From Amoeboaphelidium protococcarum X5 (lineage: Eukaryota > Fungi > Aphelidiomycota), in NCBI GenBank assembly GCA_023515725.1, contig JALDTO010000266.1, positions 1,881,608 to 1,945,607 of the forward strand: a DNA stretch of 64,000 nucleotides, given 5' to 3'. Positions 57,258 to 64,000 of the stretch are shown piece by piece. Position 1 is the stretch's first letter. Each line of letters opens with the position of its first letter. A program made the translations under genes and the position numbers. Under the pieces are notes generated by a model. That model searched no databases. It saw only the letters and a program-made list of their open reading frames with translations, and was not told the origin of the DNA.

Positions 57258-59702
57258 TTCTCTTTTTGCATTTTTGAGACCATGACTAGTATTCTGAGTT
57301 GTAGAGTATGGATTACTACTGCAAAGGTAAACGAGGGAGATAATATACTCATCTTGCGTCGAGATTGCGCGGGATCTTTTGGAAGATACCGTTCTCTAGC
57401 TTTTTCCCATTGTTGCCGGGTAATCAACTCCAAAATCTTAATAACATGCCTGATATCACGTTAAAGTGAGCAGTAAAGCTGGTCATTAGTTCGCGTTTTG
57501 TTAAATGTCACCCTAATATAAACTACGCTTCGATCGTTGATAGTTGCACTAATGCGGAACAAGTGTCTATCAGAACATTCAAGCATTGTAAAGCTCTTTC
57601 AGGTCATCTTTAAATACATCTACAGTATACTGTAGTGAATGAGAGTCAATCATCAATGAAAATGTAAGAAACAAGATACGTCTGTATGATGGGGATAAAT
57701 ATATTAAGATCACCCTCATCATAAAAATGTACAAATACATACGAGAAGGTGACTGAGTGCTTCATGATATGATTGACGGCAAGTAGTTGCACTCAGCCAC
57801 CAACTTTACAAAAACTACTGTACTGACGGAGAGAGGAATCCTTCAACACGCAATCTACACAGTCAGCCAGTCTTAAAATACATTGTACCATACCATGGCC
57901 AAATACTTACATCAGTCCGGAGGTATTCAGCGTCCACTTTTATTAAATGATGGCAGGAGGTATATGAAGAATCTACATCGCAACCATTCAAAGAGATAAC
58001 ACATCATACACGCAGACACAGAGAGTAAGTAAATAGGTATCCCCTTACCGAGAGCCATCCATACCAATACCATCTACCAGAATGTAATAGAGTTTGGCAG
58101 CAAAGTCCCCCACGGTCAATGCTGCCCAAAGTTGCCCGTCATCCGAATGCCCAGCACCATATATTGCATCGTAATGACGTTCTTGAGGCAAACTCTGCTT
58201 CAGCAGATGTCGATGGGGTTTCGGCGGGCTCTCGCTCAGCGACTCTGACGCATTGCACCCGCTGTACTAAGCGTCCGACATCAAGCTGGATGTACCTACA
58301 TACAGACCGGATACAGCTGAGAGAGGTCCCCTGTAGGAACTTATTCAGGGCCCTTGGGTCGCATGCAGATAAAACTTGCATGGTATGAATGTTAACGAGA
58401 TGCATGGCGACAAAACAGGAAACCAGACTTACACTCGGACTCATTCTACCGGCGAGGCCAGACATTGGAGGCACCAACAGCACCAAGTTGTATAAGCCAC
58501 CAATGTCGTACTTGCGGCAAGGCCTCACCCATCAGCATACTAGGCACACGCTGATTAATTACGAGTATAGTAGCTGGAGCCGCCCGACCAGACCATGTCG
58601 AGCAGGCAATCAAGATAGTGGACGGAAGTGCTCCAAGCTTCCTTCTTGAGCCACCACTTGCTTTGAACCCCACTCCGAAACTAACGCTCAAATGAGACTA
58701 CCAATAGGTTTTAGCACATATAAGAGCAGGGCCAGAAGCTACCGGTTTCAGGAACAACGGGCAAGACTCCCAACATCCATCTCGAGCCTGCTTTGTGATC
58801 AGTTGTTGTCCTATTTCAGTGGATGAAATACAGCACAATAAATCATGCATTGGTAAGACGATCTGAACTGGGGTGACATCATATGAACTCAGCACATCCG
58901 GCTAATAGAGAGCAGCTCTGATTGTGACCAAACTTGCAGGTTGGTGGGGGTACAGAGAGAGAGGAGAGCCAGACAGACAGATAGGAGAGAGGAGAGGAGC
59001 AACACTTAATGTGCAAACAAAGAAGAGAGTGAGGATATACAATACACAAGTCCACATCGATCGGAATGACACTGTCATTCGGGTAAGTAGAGCTAAATTT
59101 ACAGATGTTTACCCAAGTTGGTAGCTCCCAAAGAATTGAGAGTCGTACTGATCAGATGCTTCCTTAAAGTATGTCCTCTAAACCGGTGGGTCCTCTCTTC
59201 AGAGTTGTATGAGGATAAGAAGTGAACGCGCGAACCAACTCCACCTAGTGAGAGTAGAACCAGTTTGTTTGGTTGTTCACCCCCACACGCCCCCCTCCCT
59301 CACAGACACAAACATACGTGTGAACATTCACACTGTTTGCCATTGATCTGGTTGGAGATCAAAAATTGGATATACTGGAATATCACTTCAGGATTATCAT
59401 ACAACTTCTCAGTAGTTTATCTAGTCATGTATATTATAAATTATGGATTCGATTGATATGAAAATCATTTAAAAGGGTCATACTTTTGTATGCCACCCAG
59501 CCAAAGCAAGACATACTGCGGACGGCTTAGAAGGATTGTACCATTACACTCTAATTTAGCGAGTGTTCTGATATACTCATTAATCAAGTTGAAGACAAGC
59601 TGCCTTACAAGGTAGAGTAAAAAACGCAAGTTTGAGAATGAATAAAACTTATCTCTTTGCGAAGTGCTCTAAACATGACTAACGACTAACATATCTGATC
59701 TC

Positions 59703-60962
<1,260 letters not shown>

Positions 60963-61167
60963 GCTTAATCGCTGATTATACGCTTTGACTGAATAACTTT
61001 GGCTGGCAACAGGGTCTCAATGTAGAACAAAGACGCGATGGATCGATAAAGCGACGCGAGTCATGTGAGATCAAAGTACGCGCGCGTTAATTACTCATTC
61101 ATCATCATCGACAGTCACCTTTACAAGAACGTTTCAATGCACTTAAAAGAACCGCGAGATAATAGAA

Positions 61168-61689
61168 ATGTCTGTAAGATCAACTGTATGACCAAAAAAT
61201 TACAATTTATTCAGTCCCATGTAGGATGGACAGTATAGAACGAATGTGCGGCATAGTAATGCGCATTGGTTGAACTTTCAGTCGGAGGAATTGAGACTGG
61301 CGTTGAAGAGTGTCAGGTCGGAGTAGACAATTCTGGTGGCCCCTCAGTTTCAACCTCCAAATCCTGAGGATCCCGATGATGAGTCTACGGAATAGTATCG
61401 CTATAAATTTGGCAAATAGAAGAAGTCTAACAATTATTGGCAAGAAGATGGCCTGGATCTGAATGGAAAGATGGAAAAGTTTCTGAATCATCAGTAGAGC
61501 AGTGTAGATGAATTTCTCTCTGTAGTCAGCGAGTAATTTCTACCTCAGTCCACTGGTGACCATAAAGGACAAAAGTCTTCATCATCACAGTAGTAATAGT
61601 AAGCCGCGCGTTACTCTAGAAATTCTCGCGCCAGTGTAGACAGCTCCATCGTGTCTCCTCAAGATTTTGACATTTAACTAGACTTTTGA
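61168..61689 (+). CDS. Probable APC/C subunit Apc13/Swm1; intron 61174-61224
   Basis: ILVAPQFQPPNPEDPDD...Q..YKFG......YWQEDGL resembles the fungal Apc13 pattern; GTAAGA..TAG intron. Confidence 0.55.
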
Positions 61690-61903
61690 TTTAATGGATT
61701 TAACTGTATATTTTAATTTATGAAAGATTGTTCAAAGGTCAAATGATTCGTGCTCGTTCGATTCATCCATCACACGTTTTCTCTTTGAATCTCAATCTTT
61801 CAATAGTTTAGACTTTTGTCGTCATTATAATTGCACACAGATTAAGAAGCTTTAGTTCATATCAGTTATTTGAATATTTGAGTTTAGAAATTAAATTGAG
61901 AAT

Positions 61904-63448
61904 ATGATTTAGTAGGAAGTAGCGAAGGATATAGTGATTGTTGGAGGAGGACTTGTTGGTAGTCTTCTGGCTGTGGTGTTGTCTCAAAAGCCGTGGAAGC
62001 CCAATGTTAGAGTGTATGAACAGCGTCCAGATATAAGGAAGGAGAAAATGTCTGCTGGAAAGTCTATTAATCTGGCACTTAGTCATCGTGGATTGAAGTC
62101 GCTTGCTCTAGCCGGAGAGGATGTGCTGCGTGAGGTGGAGAAGATTCTGATTCCTATGAAAGGACGTATGCTTCATGTTAATGAACACGATCTGTAAGAG
62201 GTGCTATATGGCGTTCACGGCGAGTGTATCAATTCTGTTGATCGTAAAAAGTTGAATTGTATCCTATTGGACGCTTTTGAATAGCTATAGCCGGGAAAAG
62301 TGTACTTTAAGCATGAGCTGTAGACTGTTGACTATGATACCAAGAAGCTGACTTTTAAGGATGTTGAAGGTGAAATGGTGGAGATTGGTGCTGATTTGAT
62401 TATTGGCGCAGATGGAGCTTACTCTGCCGTGAGACGGGAGATGATGAAGAAGAATCGTATGAACTTCAAGCAAGAGTATATCGATCATGGATACATGGAG
62501 TTGAATATCCCTGCCTCAGCGGAGACTGGTTCCTATCAGATGTCTAGTAATCATCTGCACATTTGGCCAAAGAAGACTTTTATGATGATTGCCTTGCCTA
62601 ATACTGACAAGTCTTTTACCACGACATTGTTTATGCCATACGCTGATTTCGACTACTTGAGAGCCAGCAAGGATGATCAGTTGATTATTGATTTCTTTAA
62701 ACTGAACTTCCCGGATGCTGTGCAATTACTAGGTGGCGAACAGGCAGTCGTTAATGCAATGAGAAATAATGTAGTGGGATCTCTAATCTCCATCAAGTGC
62801 CATCCATACAATTATGAGAACTCAGTCATTGTTGGTGATGCCTGTCACGCAATGGTTCCATTCTATGGTTAGGGAATGAATGCTGGCTTTGAGGACGTGT
62901 TGGTACTTGATGAGTTTTTACATGGCGAGTCTCTGCCTGCTCAGTACGGAATCTCGCAGCGTCTATCTCTGTACTCTAAGGCGAGACGTGATGATGCTCA
63001 CGCCATTTGCGATTTGGCATTGTACAATTATGAAGAGATGAGAAATGACGTGTTGACACCAGTATATAGAATTAGAAAGACGGTGGAGAGTCTGATGAAT
63101 CGAGTGGCGCCCCAGACTGTCATTCCCCTGTATAGCATGGTGTCTTTCACTTCGATTCCGTACTCTCGTGTGGTGCGTCGCTGGAAGAGATAGAGTCTGA
63201 TTTTCAATGCTGCGGGTGGTGCGTTCATTGGGATATCGCTGGCAGTTGGTCTGGTGGCTTTCAGAAGATTATTTGTGGGCTCCAACTCTGCTGCAAGTCA
63301 AGTAGTTCGCAAGATTCAAGATGGAAGTGCAGTGGGTTAAATCTCTTTAGCTCCTGTGCAAGATTCCATATTCAACTTGTACTTCAAGGTGGAAGACATG
63401 AGCAAGAATGCCTTTGAAAATGTCAAAAGTCTATTTCGCTTCCAATGA
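61904..63448 (+). CDS. BNA4: Kynurenine 3-monooxygenase
   Basis: [64 protein letters not shown] (TAG=Q), PLYSMVSF. Confidence 0.97.
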
Positions 63449-63568
63449 AATAGATATTAAACTTTAGGAGACACTTTGACCATTAATGATAATAGTAGCA
63501 AGAAATTTTAATATCGGGTTAGAATATAAAATTTCTCAATTGCATTTCACTAAAGGATCACATATAAA

Positions 63569-63838
63569 TCACTCATCGTCCTCGTCATCGTCCAATGGAC
63601 CAACCAAGTCTTCGTACGATCCTTGTGCAGGAAATTCAGCAAAAGCCTCAGCCAGAGACTCCTTCTTCAACTTGCGCTCCTCCTCAATCAGGGACATGAC
63701 AAAGTTTCTACGCTGCACCTTTGGGATCACATATCCATGCCAGAACCACTCTGATAGTGCAAATCCAACGATAGAGCTGACCACAATGTGCTATAATAAT
63801 GACTTTCTCAATGGATGATAAATTCTTGGTGCCACCAT
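63569..63838 (-). CDS. COX9: Cytochrome c oxidase subunit Cox9 (fungal VIIa) with acidic tail
   Basis: MVAPRIYHPLRKVIIQHIVVSSIVGFALSEWFWHGYVIPKVQRRNF matches the Cox9 pattern. Confidence 0.7.
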
Positions 63839-64000
63839 ATTTTACTTAATATGCAGCCGACTAACAAAGCTAGCTTGATTAATAATAAGATTAGATAGAA
63901 GAGTTCAATGAACGCTGAATTAATTCACTAAATTCTGACGTTGCGCCTGCTCAAAATAAAAGTTAAAAGAGCGTCGTGGGGCGAAGGAAAAATTTTGATC

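Overview
Gene-dense eukaryotic nuclear DNA that does not use the standard code. TAA and TAG read as Gln and TGA is the only stop, so the supplied ORF track is fragmented and I re-read the genes by hand with translation table 6. The genes are fungal-like (pentafunctional AROM, NDT80, Gep4, Cox9, Sqs1, Syg1/Erd1) with short ~55-75 bp introns. Together with the code, this points by inference to an aphelid such as Amoeboaphelidium. About 28 protein-coding loci can be supported, plus one tRNA-Ser(GCT), a 0.6 kb minisatellite and several degenerate segments. Highlights: (1) a full-length ~700 aa Fanzor (eukaryotic TnpB-like RNA-guided nuclease) at 22899-25004 (-), hidden by recoded stops, with a candidate omegaRNA, candidate element ends, a RuvC-I Asp->Glu change and a possible second Fanzor remnant beside it; (2) a signal peptide/fibro-slime/Ig/TM receptor with an integrin-beta-like double-NPxY tail; (3) a DUF4145-like HEPN domain fused to a ricin-B lectin; (4) a +1 frameshift inside AROM. 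All coordinates and family calls come from manual reading and motif recognition, not from database searches.
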